NCBI GenBank assembly: GCA_043803225.1
Contig: JAZDKF010000027.1
Location: 22,406-86,405, forward strand
DNA length: 64,000 nucleotides
DNA from: Candidatus Beckwithbacteria bacterium
GTDB lineage: Bacteria > Patescibacteriota > Microgenomatia > UBA1400 > CG1-02-47-37
Direction: 5' to 3'
Shown here: positions 1 through 9,870 of the stretch, in pieces
Layout: each line of letters opens with the position of its first letter
Position numbering within the stretch: position 1 is the first letter of the stretch
Program-made: the position numbers and the translations under genes
The notes under the pieces: generated by a model
The model's input: only the letters and a program-made list of their open reading frames with translations
Database searches by the model: none
Told to the model about the DNA's origin: nothing

Positions 1-1
1 G

Positions 2-802
2 GCCACTTTAGAAAATGCAGTAAATTATGCATGGAATAAAGGGGTTGTAGTTGTCGCCGCGGCCGGAAATTCAAACGACTCATCTTATACATATCCGGCT
101 GCATACACAAATTCCATGGCTGTGGCGGCGACTGACAATCAGGATAAAAGAGCATATTTTTCAAGTTATGGTTGGCAATGGGTAGATGTAGCCGCGCCAG
201 GCGTTTTCGTTTACTCAACTTGGAAGAATTCCTCAAGTCATTATGACCCGCAACCTGAATGTGATTTAACCGTTTGTTATAAATACGCTTCCGGCACTTC
301 CATGTCAACACCAATAGTAGCCGGAGTTGCCGGATTGGTCTGGACATCCAATTATAACCAGTCAGCAGCTTCGGTTAGAGCACGAATAGAATCAACGGCG
401 GATAAGATTTCCGGAACGGGAACGTACTGGTCAGCCGGCAGGGTAAATGCGGCAAATGCAGTTTTACTATCTACCTCTCCATCTCCCACACCTAGTCCAA
501 CCCCCACTCCCAATCCAGCGGACACTCAACCGCCAACAGTTTCCATTACCTATCCGGCAAACGGCAGTTTGGTTCCCAGAGGCAAAAGAATCACTATTTC
601 TGCAAGTGCAGCTGATAACGTAGGAGTTAAAAAAGTTGACTTTTATATTAATAATAATTTCTTAAGGACGGATACAACAAAGCCTTACACAGCCTCCTGG
701 CGGGTTCCAAACACAAGGGATGTTGTCTATACAATTAAAGCAACAGCATCTGACACATCAAATAACACCGGACAAACAAGTATTTCCGTTACTTCCCGTT
801 AA
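2..802 (+). CDS. Subtilisin-like S8 protease with Pro/Thr linker and C-terminal Ig-like domain (5' partial)
   Basis: GTSMSTP catalytic Ser motif, VDVAAPG, PTPSPTP linker, DTQPPTVSIT Ig-like domain; frame open from window start. Confidence 0.9.
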   Translation, partial: ATLENAVNYAWNKGVVVVAAAGNSNDSSYTYPAAYTNSMAVAATDNQDKRAYFSSYGWQWVDVAAPGVFVYSTWKNSSSHYDPQPECDLTVCYKYASGTSMSTPIVAGVAGLVWTSNYNQSAASVRARIESTADKISGTGTYWSAGRVNAANAVLLSTSPSPTPSPTPTPNPADTQPPTVSITYPANGSLVPRGKRITISASAADNVGVKKVDFYINNNFLRTDTTKPYTASWRVPNTRDVVYTIKATASDTSNNTGQTSISVTSR

Positions 803-1109
803 GAATTTTTTTGGCTTTTGGTTTAATGGTGAGAATTTCTAGAATTTTGTCGAGCTTGCAGTTGATGGATTCAAGCTGTTCGTTTTTTGGCGATTTAAAA
901 TCTGGTCTTCTTGAATGGCCACCGCCACCATTTTGTTCAAAACAGTCACGGCAATAAACCGGTTTGCTGCCGGTTGGTTCAAAGGGAACTTCACAGTCCT
1001 TGCCGCAATTGCTGCAGACAGCATGATGCATTTGCCTGTCTCTAAAACCACCACGGCCAAAGTCTCTTCTTGGACCCGATGGTCGGCTATTACGATTAAA
1101 ATTTCCCAT
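789..1109 (-). CDS. CxxC-x17-CxxC zinc-ribbon protein
   Basis: CSNCGKDCEVPFEPTGSKPVYCRDC; start moved to MGNF. Confidence 0.85.
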   Translation of the reverse strand: MGNFNRNSRPSGPRRDFGRGGFRDRQMHHAVCSNCGKDCEVPFEPTGSKPVYCRDCFEQNGGGGHSRRPDFKSPKNEQLESINCKLDKILEILTIKPKAKKILNGK

Positions 1110-1158
1110 ACAGCTGTAGTTTAACATATTATTGATGAAATTTGATATTATGTTTTAT

Positions 1159-1728
1159 ATGAATAATATTTTGCAAACCCAAGAAAACTTGCTGAGAGCG
1201 TTTAGCGGCGAGTCACAGGCAAGAAATAAATATAATGTGTTTGCCAAGATGGCGAGGAAAGAAAACTGGGAATGGATTGCCAGGGTATTTGAAGAAACTG
1301 CAGATAATGAACGAGCTCATGCCGAAGAATTGTTCGAGCAAATAGAAAAACCGATATTTAAAGTTCCGACCGAGCTGGAAATTAAACCTTTTAGCCAAAC
1401 TTTAGATAATCTTAAAACAGCGGCTGAAGGGGAGAAGTATGAGTGGACAAAAATGTATCCGGAGTTTGAAAAGATCGCTCTGCAAGAGAAGCAACCGGAG
1501 GCAGTACGGCTATTCGGCCAGTTAAAGAAAGTGGAAGAAAAACATGAGGAAAGATATCTAATTATTGCCAGGAAGTTAGACAACAAAACTTTATATGATT
1601 CGGATACAGAATTGGAGTGGAAATGCGTTAACTGCGGTTATATCCACAAGGGCAAGCGGCCGCCGGAAAAATGCCCGGTATGTAAAAAACCAATGACTTG
1701 GTATATGCCGTTGGGTTTGGTAAGATAA
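1159..1728 (+). CDS. rbr: Rubrerythrin
   Basis: [12 protein letters not shown], ExxH diiron motifs, C-terminal CVNC/CPVC rubredoxin domain. Confidence 0.93.
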   Translation: MNNILQTQENLLRAFSGESQARNKYNVFAKMARKENWEWIARVFEETADNERAHAEELFEQIEKPIFKVPTELEIKPFSQTLDNLKTAAEGEKYEWTKMYPEFEKIALQEKQPEAVRLFGQLKKVEEKHEERYLIIARKLDNKTLYDSDTELEWKCVNCGYIHKGKRPPEKCPVCKKPMTWYMPLGLVR

Positions 1729-1732
1729 CAAA

Positions 1733-2374
1733 ATGAATACAGTGCGGTGGTTAATTGATTTTATCTTGCATATTGATGTGCATTTGGGTGAGCTGATTAG
1801 CCATTATGGACTGCTAACTTATGTAATTTTATGGATAATTATTTTTATTGAAACCGGTTTGGTGTTCACGCCGTTTTTACCCGGAGATTCACTGTTGTTT
1901 GCGGCCGGAGCTTTGGCAGCCTTAGGATCGTTTAATTTATGGCTGCTTTTGGGATTATTAATAACAGCGGCAGTGGTGGGTGATACAGTAAATTACTGGA
2001 TTGGCCATTTTTTCGGAGAGAAACTGATAGCTAATCCCAAACTACCGATAAAAAAAGAACATATTGATAAAACTAAGGCCTTTTTTGATAAACATGGAGG
2101 TAAGACGATAATTTTGGCCAGGTTTGTACCGATGGTGAGGACATTTGCGCCGTTTGTGGCCGGAATCGGCAAGATGCATTACCGGAACTTTATTTCATTT
2201 AATATCATCGGCGGGGTTGCCTGGGTGCTGCTGTTTACTTTGGCCGGATTTTTCTTTGGCAATTTACCCGGAGTAAAGCATAATTTTTCTTTGGTAATTA
2301 TGGGAATTATTTTAGTCTCAGTGCTGCCGATGGTAATCGAGGCAGTTAAACATAAGTTATGCAAAAAGGTTTAA
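1733..2374 (+). CDS. dedA: DedA family membrane protein
   Basis: [17 protein letters not shown] and [12 protein letters not shown] motifs. Confidence 0.93.
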   Translation: MNTVRWLIDFILHIDVHLGELISHYGLLTYVILWIIIFIETGLVFTPFLPGDSLLFAAGALAALGSFNLWLLLGLLITAAVVGDTVNYWIGHFFGEKLIANPKLPIKKEHIDKTKAFFDKHGGKTIILARFVPMVRTFAPFVAGIGKMHYRNFISFNIIGGVAWVLLFTLAGFFFGNLPGVKHNFSLVIMGIILVSVLPMVIEAVKHKLCKKV

Positions 2375-2802
2375 AGTTAATTGGAGCAATTGTGGTTTGT
2401 CAGCTGGTGGGCGGATTGGGGGCTTTGGTTACAACTCCGGCGATCAGCGGTTGGTATGCGGATTTGATTAAGCCAAGTTTTAATCCACCTAACTGGATTT
2501 TCGGCCCGGTATGGATAGGATTGTATCTATTGATGGGAATAGCATGGTGGCGGGCTGATAAAGCCGGCAATAAATTATTTTTAGGGCAACTAGGAGTGAA
2601 TTGGCTCTGGTCAATGGTTTTTTTCGGTTTAAAGCAGCCGTGGTTTGGGGTCGGGGTAATCGTAATTTTGTGGGGATTAATTTGGTTAACAATGAAAAAA
2701 TTTATGCGGTTAAGCCGGCTAGCGGGTTGGCTATTATTGCCATATTTATTGTGGGTTAGTTTTGCTACAATATTAAACATTGCGGTCGCAATTTTAAATT
2801 AA
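2359..2802 (+). CDS. tspO: TspO/MBR tryptophan-rich sensory protein
   Basis: [21 protein letters not shown] and [11 protein letters not shown]. Confidence 0.92.
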   Translation: MQKGLKLIGAIVVCQLVGGLGALVTTPAISGWYADLIKPSFNPPNWIFGPVWIGLYLLMGIAWWRADKAGNKLFLGQLGVNWLWSMVFFGLKQPWFGVGVIVILWGLIWLTMKKFMRLSRLAGWLLLPYLLWVSFATILNIAVAILN

Positions 2803-2803
2803 A

Positions 2804-3403
2804 ATGAATCAATTTTACAAACCAGATGAGAGTTTACAAGTAATCGAGGGAGTGTATAAGACGGGAATTGGCGGACTGTGGTATTTGGCGCGAAAACAGT
2901 TTGAGGATGAACGGGGATTTTTTGCCGAGATAGCCCATATTTACAAGCTGGAAAAGTTGACCGGAAAGCCATTTATAGTTAAGCAGGTTAACTATTCAAG
3001 ATCACTGACAAATGTAGTCAGAGGTATGCATGCTGAAGAGTGGAAGAAGATGATTATGGTAACGAACGGGCTGGCATTTTGCGCCCTGGCAGATATTCGG
3101 CCAAGATCAGAGACATTTGGAAGAGTGGTTAACTTTGAGTTAGGAGAGGAAAGTTTGGACGGCTCGTTGTTTGTGGAAGAAGGGATTGCCAACTCTTTTT
3201 GCGTGGTAAAAGGGCCAGTGGACTATATATATTTTGTTGACCGATTGTACGCCGAACGGGATCCAAAAGGAGATGTGGCGATTTCGTTATTTGACCCGGA
3301 TTTAAAGATTGAGTGGCCTTTGAAAAAGGAAGAGATGGTTTTATCCCAAAGGGATAAGAATGCGGTGAGTTTAAGAGACAGGTTTCCGGATAAGTTTAAG
3401 TGA
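2804..3403 (+). CDS. rmlC: dTDP-4-dehydrorhamnose 3,5-epimerase family cupin
   Basis: FEDERGFF, VVRGMH, DPDLKIEWP, LSQRD. Confidence 0.8.
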   Translation: MNQFYKPDESLQVIEGVYKTGIGGLWYLARKQFEDERGFFAEIAHIYKLEKLTGKPFIVKQVNYSRSLTNVVRGMHAEEWKKMIMVTNGLAFCALADIRPRSETFGRVVNFELGEESLDGSLFVEEGIANSFCVVKGPVDYIYFVDRLYAERDPKGDVAISLFDPDLKIEWPLKKEEMVLSQRDKNAVSLRDRFPDKFK

Positions 3404-3781
3404 GATAATAAAGAGAGTGAGCATAATTAACTGGCAAGCCAGGCAGACCGGGCAGTAAACTTTTTCAACCAATAGTTCCAGCAAAGTGAGCCGGAGACAA
3501 AAAATCATCCCGAAAGTTGACATAAATAGATGGAGTTTTTTAAAGCGCATTAGGGAGGCGTAAAGGATAAAGATGTAGCCGATGAGGCCGATCAGGGAAA
3601 CAGGAATAGAAAGGATTTCAGCTAAGGCCCCTTTGGTAACGGCATCACAGTTAACCGTCGGGCTGATATCGCACAGGCCGGAAGGATTGGGAGAAAGATA
3701 GGAATAAAAAAGATAGATCGCCAGAACAATGCCGATTGAAGAGAGGACAGCAGAAGTTTTCCAAATATTTTTAGGTGACAC
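3371..3781 (-). CDS. Vitamin K epoxide reductase (VKOR) family protein
   Basis: Loop cysteines CDISPTVNC, CPVC active site, four hydrophobic helices. Confidence 0.88.
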   Translation of the reverse strand: MSPKNIWKTSAVLSSIGIVLAIYLFYSYLSPNPSGLCDISPTVNCDAVTKGALAEILSIPVSLIGLIGYIFILYASLMRFKKLHLFMSTFGMIFCLRLTLLELLVEKVYCPVCLACQLIMLTLFIISLKLIRKPVS

Positions 3782-3924
3782 GGATTGATTATGCTAGATT
3801 TATTTACTGCTGGCAAGTGGGAGTTAATTCCTGTACAATCGGGGAGTAAGTTTTTTGTGCAGTAGTCAATTGGTCGCCAGTTAGGTCGCCCATGAGATTC
3901 TGCGGGAAGGGGGGTGAGTAATAA

Positions 3925-4206
3925 ATGAATAAATTATATGTAGGCAATCTTAGCTATGATGTAACTGGAGATCAGTTAGGTACTTTATTTGCCCAAGCCG
4001 GGCAAGTGGTTAGCGCGATTGTAATTTCTGATAGAAATACCGGCCGGTCTAAAGGCTTTGGTTTTGTGGAAATGAGTTCAGCTGAAGAAGCGAAAAAAGC
4101 AATTGAAATGTTTAACGATCAAGATTTTGAAGGCAGAAAATTAAGAGTTAACGAAGCCCGACCGCAAGAACCCAGACAAGATTTTGGTCCAAGAAGGGAT
4201 AATTAA
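3925..4206 (+). CDS. RRM RNA-binding protein
   Basis: RNP2 LYVGNL and RNP1 KGFGFVEM. Confidence 0.95.
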   Translation: MNKLYVGNLSYDVTGDQLGTLFAQAGQVVSAIVISDRNTGRSKGFGFVEMSSAEEAKKAIEMFNDQDFEGRKLRVNEARPQEPRQDFGPRRDN

Positions 4207-4208
4207 TT

Positions 4209-4598
4209 GTGACTGGAAAAACTAAAGTATTATTAACTTTAGCCACGCTTGGTTTAGCTGTTTTGCCGGTAATTATCTGGGCGAAGTTAAGTTTTCGCCC
4301 AGAGACGGCAGGCCAATATAATAATCTAGCGAAATGTTTGGCGGAAAAAAAGGCAGTAATGTACGGAGCTTATTGGTGCAGCCACTGTCAAGCGGTGAAA
4401 AAAGAATTTGGCCAATCCTGGCAGTATATAAAGTATGTAGAGTGTTCGGTTACAGGCAGCCAGGAACAAGCGCCAGCATGCAAGGAAGCGGGAATTAAGA
4501 GTTATCCGACCTGGGTGTTAAGTGATGGAGAGAGATTGGAAGGTCAAGTTAAAATAACAGATTTAGCAAATAAAAGCGGGTGCCAGGAGGCATTATGA
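4209..4598 (+). CDS. Membrane-anchored thioredoxin-like protein (probable VKOR partner)
   Basis: N-terminal TM, YGAYWCSHC, cis-Pro motif YPTW. Confidence 0.8.
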   Translation: MTGKTKVLLTLATLGLAVLPVIIWAKLSFRPETAGQYNNLAKCLAEKKAVMYGAYWCSHCQAVKKEFGQSWQYIKYVECSVTGSQEQAPACKEAGIKSYPTWVLSDGERLEGQVKITDLANKSGCQEAL

Positions 4599-5107
4599 AA
4601 AAATTTTTAGTAATTTTAGCAGCCGGAGTGTTACTGACAGGTTGTGTGAAGAAAACCGGGACAATTGGAACCGGGCAAAATAAAGTGGAAGAGTTTACCG
4701 GTAATTTAAAAGAAGCGATGGCAAAGAATTTACCGATGAAGTGCGAGTGGAAACAGAACAATAACAGCGGTGCGTCATATGTTAAGGGCGACGATATTTA
4801 TGTGGAGACTATAGTCGACGGTAAAAACGGGTTTATAATTATGAAAGATAACTGTATGTGGAGCTGGGGTGACCAGATGGAGCAGGGAGTGAAGTTTTGC
4901 AGCGAACCGACAGAGGTTGAGGTTAATGAAGATATTAAAAATCAGACAGGCGAGGATAAAGCCGAAGGGGTGGATTGGCAGATGGAATATAAATGCGCGC
5001 CAGCGATCTTTGGCGAGGAGAAGTTTACTCCACCGGCTGGAGTGAAGTTTACGGATATGGACGAGATGCTGCAGGGGTTGGGTAATCCTGGCTCAGACCA
5101 AGAATAA
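4595..5107 (+). CDS. Hypothetical lipoprotein
   Basis: MKK-hydrophobic-LTGC lipobox; SD aggagg. Confidence 0.75.
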   Translation: MKKFLVILAAGVLLTGCVKKTGTIGTGQNKVEEFTGNLKEAMAKNLPMKCEWKQNNNSGASYVKGDDIYVETIVDGKNGFIIMKDNCMWSWGDQMEQGVKFCSEPTEVEVNEDIKNQTGEDKAEGVDWQMEYKCAPAIFGEEKFTPPAGVKFTDMDEMLQGLGNPGSDQE

Positions 5108-5114
5108 AATAATC

Positions 5115-5522
5115 ATGAAGAAATGGTTATTTGGTTTGGGGTTGGTAATTTTAGTGGGGATGGTTTTAGGGAGAGAATTAACCGTAGGAAAGGTTAAACT
5201 GGCAGTGGAAGTGCGCGACACAGAAGCGGAGAGAAGCCAAGGTTTATCCGGACGAGAAAAGCTAGGAGAAGATGAGGGGATGCTGTTTGTGTTTGAGAGT
5301 CCGGGAATCCACGGGTTTTGGATGAAAGAGATGAAGTTTGACTTGGATTTTGTCTGGATTTTGGATGATCGCGTGGTAGAGGTGACGGAAAAGGTGGCAG
5401 CGCCAAAAGCGGGCGAGGAACCAATAAACATCAAGCCAAGCCAGCCTGTCAACAAGGTACTGGAAGTAAACAGCGGGTTTGCGGCCAGGCACAAAATTAT
5501 GGTTGGGGATGAGGTAAAATGA
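5115..5522 (+). CDS. DUF192 family protein
   Basis: GLSGR, GMLFVF, FWMKEMKFDLD, VLEVNSG. Confidence 0.88.
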   Translation: MKKWLFGLGLVILVGMVLGRELTVGKVKLAVEVRDTEAERSQGLSGREKLGEDEGMLFVFESPGIHGFWMKEMKFDLDFVWILDDRVVEVTEKVAAPKAGEEPINIKPSQPVNKVLEVNSGFAARHKIMVGDEVK

Positions 5523-5526
5523 GGAG

Positions 5527-6330
5527 ATGAATTTATTTCAAACAGCAGAATATTTACAGATATTTACCAGGCATTTTTGCCAAGAAAAAGACATTGTTGA
5601 GGAGGTATGGGAAAAGTACCAAGGAGGATTAATTTTACTAGGAATGAAGCCGGTGCTTAATGGCCAGGAAGTCAGCGATTACGCTAAGACGGATATAAAA
5701 GATTTACCGAAAGGATTTAAAACAATTCAGCTGGATTATGTCAGGGAGGACTGCCAGACTTTTAATAGCCTACGAGGAGACTCCTTGAAGGTTGAGAAAC
5801 AAGAGGTCGCACCTTTTATTAATTTACCCAAGACCTTCGAGGAGTATTTAACTTCATTAAAGAGAAAGTATAGAAAAGAAATAAAAAGAAAGATAAAGCG
5901 GCTGGAAGAGGTGAAGTATGAAGCGGTGAAAGAAGACAACTTGGCTGAATTTATCCGGCTGCACCGGTTGTCTGATCCGGCTAAGGATAAGTTTATGAGC
6001 GAGCAGATGGCAGATTTTTTTAAGGATATGTTTGAAGCGAAAATTCCCGGCTGGGAGCAGCGACTGGATTTTTTAAAGATAGAAGGAAAGTATGCGGCGG
6101 GAATTTTAAGTTTTGTAAACGAGACAGAGTGGTGGTTGTATAACTCAGGTTTTGATCCGGCTTACAGCTACTTTAGCGCCGGAGTGAATTTAAAGGCATT
6201 AAGCATCAAGCAGGCAATTGAGACGGGGAAGACAAAGTATGATTTTTTAAGAGGCAATGAGCGGTATAAGTATGAACTGGGGGCGAAGGACTTACAGCTA
6301 TATAAGCTTTTACTGAAAAAAGTGATATAA
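5527..6330 (+). CDS. GNAT-family acetyltransferase (CelD/BcsL-like)
   Basis: LPKTFEEYL, YNSGFD, YDFLRGNERYK. Confidence 0.8.
   Translation: MNLFQTAEYLQIFTRHFCQEKDIVEEVWEKYQGGLILLGMKPVLNGQEVSDYAKTDIKDLPKGFKTIQLDYVREDCQTFNSLRGDSLKVEKQEVAPFINLPKTFEEYLTSLKRKYRKEIKRKIKRLEEVKYEAVKEDNLAEFIRLHRLSDPAKDKFMSEQMADFFKDMFEAKIPGWEQRLDFLKIEGKYAAGILSFVNETEWWLYNSGFDPAYSYFSAGVNLKALSIKQAIETGKTKYDFLRGNERYKYELGAKDLQLYKLLLKKVI
5769..5791. repeat. 23-bp palindrome family copy (CCTACRAGG-N5-CCTYGWAGG), intragenic
   Basis: cctacgagg agact ccttgaagg; near-identical to 47069-47091. Confidence 0.8.
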
Positions 6331-6365
6331 TCGCTTTTATCCTGCCTTAAGAAAGCAGGTTTTTT
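6323..6365 (+). promoter_or_regulatory. Extended -10 promoter followed by CTGCC hairpin and T-tract abutting the ATG
   Basis: TGaTATAAT at 6323-6331; cctgc...gcagg + T6 then ATG at 6366. Confidence 0.6.
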
Positions 6366-6866
6366 ATGGGAGAACAAGAGAGAACAAGAGTTAAAACAGG
6401 TTTAGCCAGAAGGGTGGATTTAAGCCAGGGAGGTTTATCGTATTCAGAAAGGCAGAGATTTGAACAGGCGGTGGGATTGCTTCAGCTAAATTCTACCGGG
6501 GATATCCAGGACTGGCTGCAAGTAATATTTAGATTGAACAAAGATAAAAGACAATGGTTCACGCTTGATGGAGATATTAGTGTAGAAATGACTCAGTGGG
6601 AAGATCTGAGCCAATCAGGAACTTTTTCGACAATAATTAGGATTCATAATATTTTACTGCCAAGACAAGATAGCAATGTTGTTTGGAAACATTTAGTCAG
6701 GCCAAAGGCAGAAGACCCTAACAAAGGCACTTTAAAATTTATTATTAATTCTAGAGGAGGTTACTGGGCGGCAGTGGAAAAGGGCGTAGTTGAGCAACAA
6801 GGATATAAAACCGACGGTATCGCCACTGTTGAAAATCTAGCGGCAATACTGGCAAAGGTAGAATAA
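6366..6866 (+). CDS. Hypothetical protein (orphan)
   Basis: 166-aa ORF with own promoter-like leader; no motif recognised. Confidence 0.65.
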   Translation: MGEQERTRVKTGLARRVDLSQGGLSYSERQRFEQAVGLLQLNSTGDIQDWLQVIFRLNKDKRQWFTLDGDISVEMTQWEDLSQSGTFSTIIRIHNILLPRQDSNVVWKHLVRPKAEDPNKGTLKFIINSRGGYWAAVEKGVVEQQGYKTDGIATVENLAAILAKVE

Positions 6867-6870
6867 AATT

Positions 6871-8016
6871 ATGGTTTATGAAATATTGGCTAAATCAGAT
6901 AAACCAATGGAAGCCAAGTTAGAGTATTTATCGGCGATTCAGTCTGTTTTAGTGCCAGTTGGTGTTCAGGTAGGGGAAGGTTTAAAGCGTTATGGTTTGG
7001 AATTTGAGGTCGGGAGAACAGAAAAATTCGGTTTAGGTTTAGAAATAATAACCGCATCTCGATATAGAACGTGGCAGGAGTTTGGGGAATGGAAAGGGAA
7101 GGTAGTTGAAGGCAATAGTTGGCCGATTTTGTTAGTTTTGGGCGAAGGGATAAGCAGGGAGGCGGTAGGGAGTTTAAAGATAGACGAGTATGAAAGGTTT
7201 GCTGGAGAACAAGTTCCGGGAGGCCTAAATATTGAAAGGACAAACGATAGGGGAACAAAAAATACTTTATTATCGGCGAGCGTTGAAGCGAGAAGTGGAG
7301 AAGAATGGCATTTAAGAAGAAATGACAGGAATGGATTTTATGCAGTGTCGGTTAACCCTCGGTTGCTCGGAGACAGGAATGAAGTGAGGGTGTTGGCTTT
7401 GCTGTATCAACGAAAAGGTGACGGTTTGCAAATTATTCCATTTTCAGTGGAGACAACCGGCCAATTATTATGGCGATTGAAGACTATTAACTTATTTACC
7501 AGTTTAAATGAGGTGAAAGCAAGAATAGAGGTAGAAACAAAACCAGCAACTGTAAAAGCAAACAGGTTGGTGGATTTGAGCGAAGTCTGGTTGCCTGAAG
7601 GGTATGAATTTTTTGAAGCGGTTAGAGAAATTTTAAAAGCGGGTCCAGATGAATGGGTAAGAGACGGGGTGGTAGGAGAAAAATATAATGTTTCATGGGT
7701 GGATGCTCAAGGTCAGCCGGCAGTAACAGGAAAAGCGCATAAGGCGGGATATTTTGATAAAGAAAAAGTAGTTACCACTCATATTGCAGTGGAGATCGAG
7801 CAAGTTTCAGGATCGGCATTAACGGAAAGAAGGTTGAAATTGGCGGATTCCAAAGATGAGACGGTTAGGGTGAAAATTTTCCTATTGACAGATGGAACGA
7901 TAAAGATGGGAGTAGGCGAGTCTATGAGGGAAATTAAAGAGGTTGGGGAGAAAAAGTTTTGGAAAGCGGTATTAATGCAAATGAGGATTAGTAGTATTAG
8001 TCGAAACCGGCGGTGA
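6871..8016 (+). CDS. Hypothetical protein (orphan)
   Basis: 381-aa ORF; no motif recognised. Confidence 0.7.
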   Translation: MVYEILAKSDKPMEAKLEYLSAIQSVLVPVGVQVGEGLKRYGLEFEVGRTEKFGLGLEIITASRYRTWQEFGEWKGKVVEGNSWPILLVLGEGISREAVGSLKIDEYERFAGEQVPGGLNIERTNDRGTKNTLLSASVEARSGEEWHLRRNDRNGFYAVSVNPRLLGDRNEVRVLALLYQRKGDGLQIIPFSVETTGQLLWRLKTINLFTSLNEVKARIEVETKPATVKANRLVDLSEVWLPEGYEFFEAVREILKAGPDEWVRDGVVGEKYNVSWVDAQGQPAVTGKAHKAGYFDKEKVVTTHIAVEIEQVSGSALTERRLKLADSKDETVRVKIFLLTDGTIKMGVGESMREIKEVGEKKFWKAVLMQMRISSISRNRR

Positions 8017-8028
8017 TATACTGATTTT

Positions 8029-8226
8029 ATGTGTTTGGTGGTGCCGTTGAAGGTGATAAAAAAACAAAAAGATTTTTGGTTGATGGAAGACGGGAGAAGG
8101 GTAAGAAGTTTAGTCAAAAAAGTCAAGGCCGGGGACTATTTAATCTGCCAGCAGGATTTGGCTATTGAAAAAGTACCGGTCAGTAAGGCACAATTGATAA
8201 GAAATGCATTACAACAAGGGATTTAA
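8029..8226 (+). CDS. hypC: HypC/HybG-like hydrogenase chaperone
   Basis: N-terminal MCLVVPLKV, VKAGDY; small OB-fold size. Confidence 0.7.
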   Translation: MCLVVPLKVIKKQKDFWLMEDGRRVRSLVKKVKAGDYLICQQDLAIEKVPVSKAQLIRNALQQGI

Positions 8227-9115
8227 ACTAGCGTTGATAACGGCCGGATTTTCCGGAGTGGCGGTATTTTTAAACTCGCTGACAGTTAAGGTAGTTGGAG
8301 ATGCTTTAGTGTTTACGACGATAAAAAATCTAGGGGTAGGACTGCTTTTGCTGGGAGTGTTAATAAGAAAGAAAATTAACTGGGTGGAAGTGAAACAAAA
8401 TTGGAAACAGTTGGGACTGATCGGCATCATCGGCGGATCTTTAGCGTTTTACTTATTTTTTAAAGGTTTGATGCTAACTAGTCCAGTGATGGGAAGCATG
8501 ATTCATAAAACTCTGGTGCTGTGGGTGGGGCTGCTGGGATTTGGAGTATTAAAAGAACGGTTAAACTTAAAGCAGGGAATTGCGCTTGCGGGAGTGTTTG
8601 GGGCCAGTGCCTTAATGGGCGGGTTTAACGGTTGGAGCTGGGGCAAAGGAGAGACAATGATTTTAGCAGCAACGATTCTTTGGGCAGTAGAAAATATTTT
8701 AGCTAAAAAAGTATTGAGGAAAGTAAGTGTGGAAACAGTCGCCGGATCCAGGATGATAGTCGGGTCAATAATTTTATTGGCGGTGACTGTCAGCAGCGGG
8801 AAATTGGGCTTAATTTTAAACTTAAACGGCTGGCAGTGGGGAATGACTTTGGTGAGCATTGGGCTGCTTTCTGGCTATGTTTTAAGCTGGTATAAAGCTT
8901 TGTCATTGGCACCAGTGAGTTTAGTAGGGACGGTGCTTTCTTTAGGGAGCTTGATAACTTCGGGTTTAAATTCGGTCTTTATTACTCATTCTTTATCAAT
9001 CGAGTTGATTTATCAGACTTTGTTGCTGAGCATATTTTCTTACATTTTTGTAAAAGAGGCGCAAAAAAATGCAAGGTTTGTTAAGGTGCAGCCGTTACGG
9101 ATTAGCGCCAAATAA
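8204..9115 (+). CDS. DMT/EamA family transporter
   Basis: About 10 TM helices, LKER and GETMILAATILWA patterns. Confidence 0.85.
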   Translation: MHYNKGFKLALITAGFSGVAVFLNSLTVKVVGDALVFTTIKNLGVGLLLLGVLIRKKINWVEVKQNWKQLGLIGIIGGSLAFYLFFKGLMLTSPVMGSMIHKTLVLWVGLLGFGVLKERLNLKQGIALAGVFGASALMGGFNGWSWGKGETMILAATILWAVENILAKKVLRKVSVETVAGSRMIVGSIILLAVTVSSGKLGLILNLNGWQWGMTLVSIGLLSGYVLSWYKALSLAPVSLVGTVLSLGSLITSGLNSVFITHSLSIELIYQTLLLSIFSYIFVKEAQKNARFVKVQPLRISAK

Positions 9116-9860
9116 GTTAAAGTATTGCGGTCCGGATAAGAATAAAGAACTAGAAGGATATTTAAAAACCAAGACGACTGATTGGGGTTTGGAAAGGATT
9201 TTAAAAGAGTTTAAAGCAATGCAGCCATACTTGAAATTGATTGCCCGGGAAAATGGGATAGCGGATGAGTTTGATGAGCGGGTAGTAGAAGCATATTGGT
9301 TGGGAAATGAGCTGCTGGATAAAGTGAGTTTGAAAGGGTTTTTTGATCACGCTTTAGGCAAGCTGGATAGGAAAAGTTTAAAGTGGTTTGAAGTAAAACT
9401 GGGACGAGGCGCGAAGCCAAACCACAGTTTCCATGTGTTTAATTTTTGGAAGCGGACAGGATATGTGGCAAGATTACACACAATTGAAACTATGGATAAT
9501 TGCAGGATTTCATGCGGTAAAGTTATTCGGCCTATGCTTGGCAATACGAAATTTTTGCGTGCTCACAGCTATCTGACTGAATCAGATGAGACGCTGCGCG
9601 CGCAAAAATCTGTATTTGCCATCGCTGGCCGAAATTCACACAGCCTACTGGTTAACACAGATAGATTGGTTTATAAGAATGGCAAGCTGGGCTTTGAGCC
9701 GGCGGTTAAAGAAATCAGTTTTTTGGAAGGGAAGTATCATCCGGAGGAGTTAGTGACGTTTCACTGGAATATGGTGTGCGAAAAGATTAATAAAACCCAG
9801 AAGGAAAATTTAGACAAATACACCAGATTGGCTTTGAACCTAGCGAATTTAACGGTATAA
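9069..9860 (+). CDS. DUF6390-like hydrogenase-associated protein carrying an in-frame hairpin insertion
   Basis: APNKLKYCGP, VVEAYWLGN, PNHSFHV, MDNCRIS, HW motifs; about 36 extra residues at 9526-9633. Confidence 0.7.
   Translation: MQGLLRCSRYGLAPNKLKYCGPDKNKELEGYLKTKTTDWGLERILKEFKAMQPYLKLIARENGIADEFDERVVEAYWLGNELLDKVSLKGFFDHALGKLDRKSLKWFEVKLGRGAKPNHSFHVFNFWKRTGYVARLHTIETMDNCRISCGKVIRPMLGNTKFLRAHSYLTESDETLRAQKSVFAIAGRNSHSLLVNTDRLVYKNGKLGFEPAVKEISFLEGKYHPEELVTFHWNMVCEKINKTQKENLDKYTRLALNLANLTV
9526..9633 (+). repeat. Nested hairpin element copy 1 (108 nt, in-frame)
   Basis: ttcggcc/ggccgaa outer arms; 54-nt core (9556-9609) identical to 20349-20402. Confidence 0.9.
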
Positions 9861-9870
9861 TAGCGCCAAG

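Noticed and set aside
9556-9609. Hairpin element as a hammerhead ribozyme or integron attC site
   Set aside because: It has cagatgag but not the CUGAnGA/GAAA core, and lacks RYYYAAC/GTTRRRY ends.
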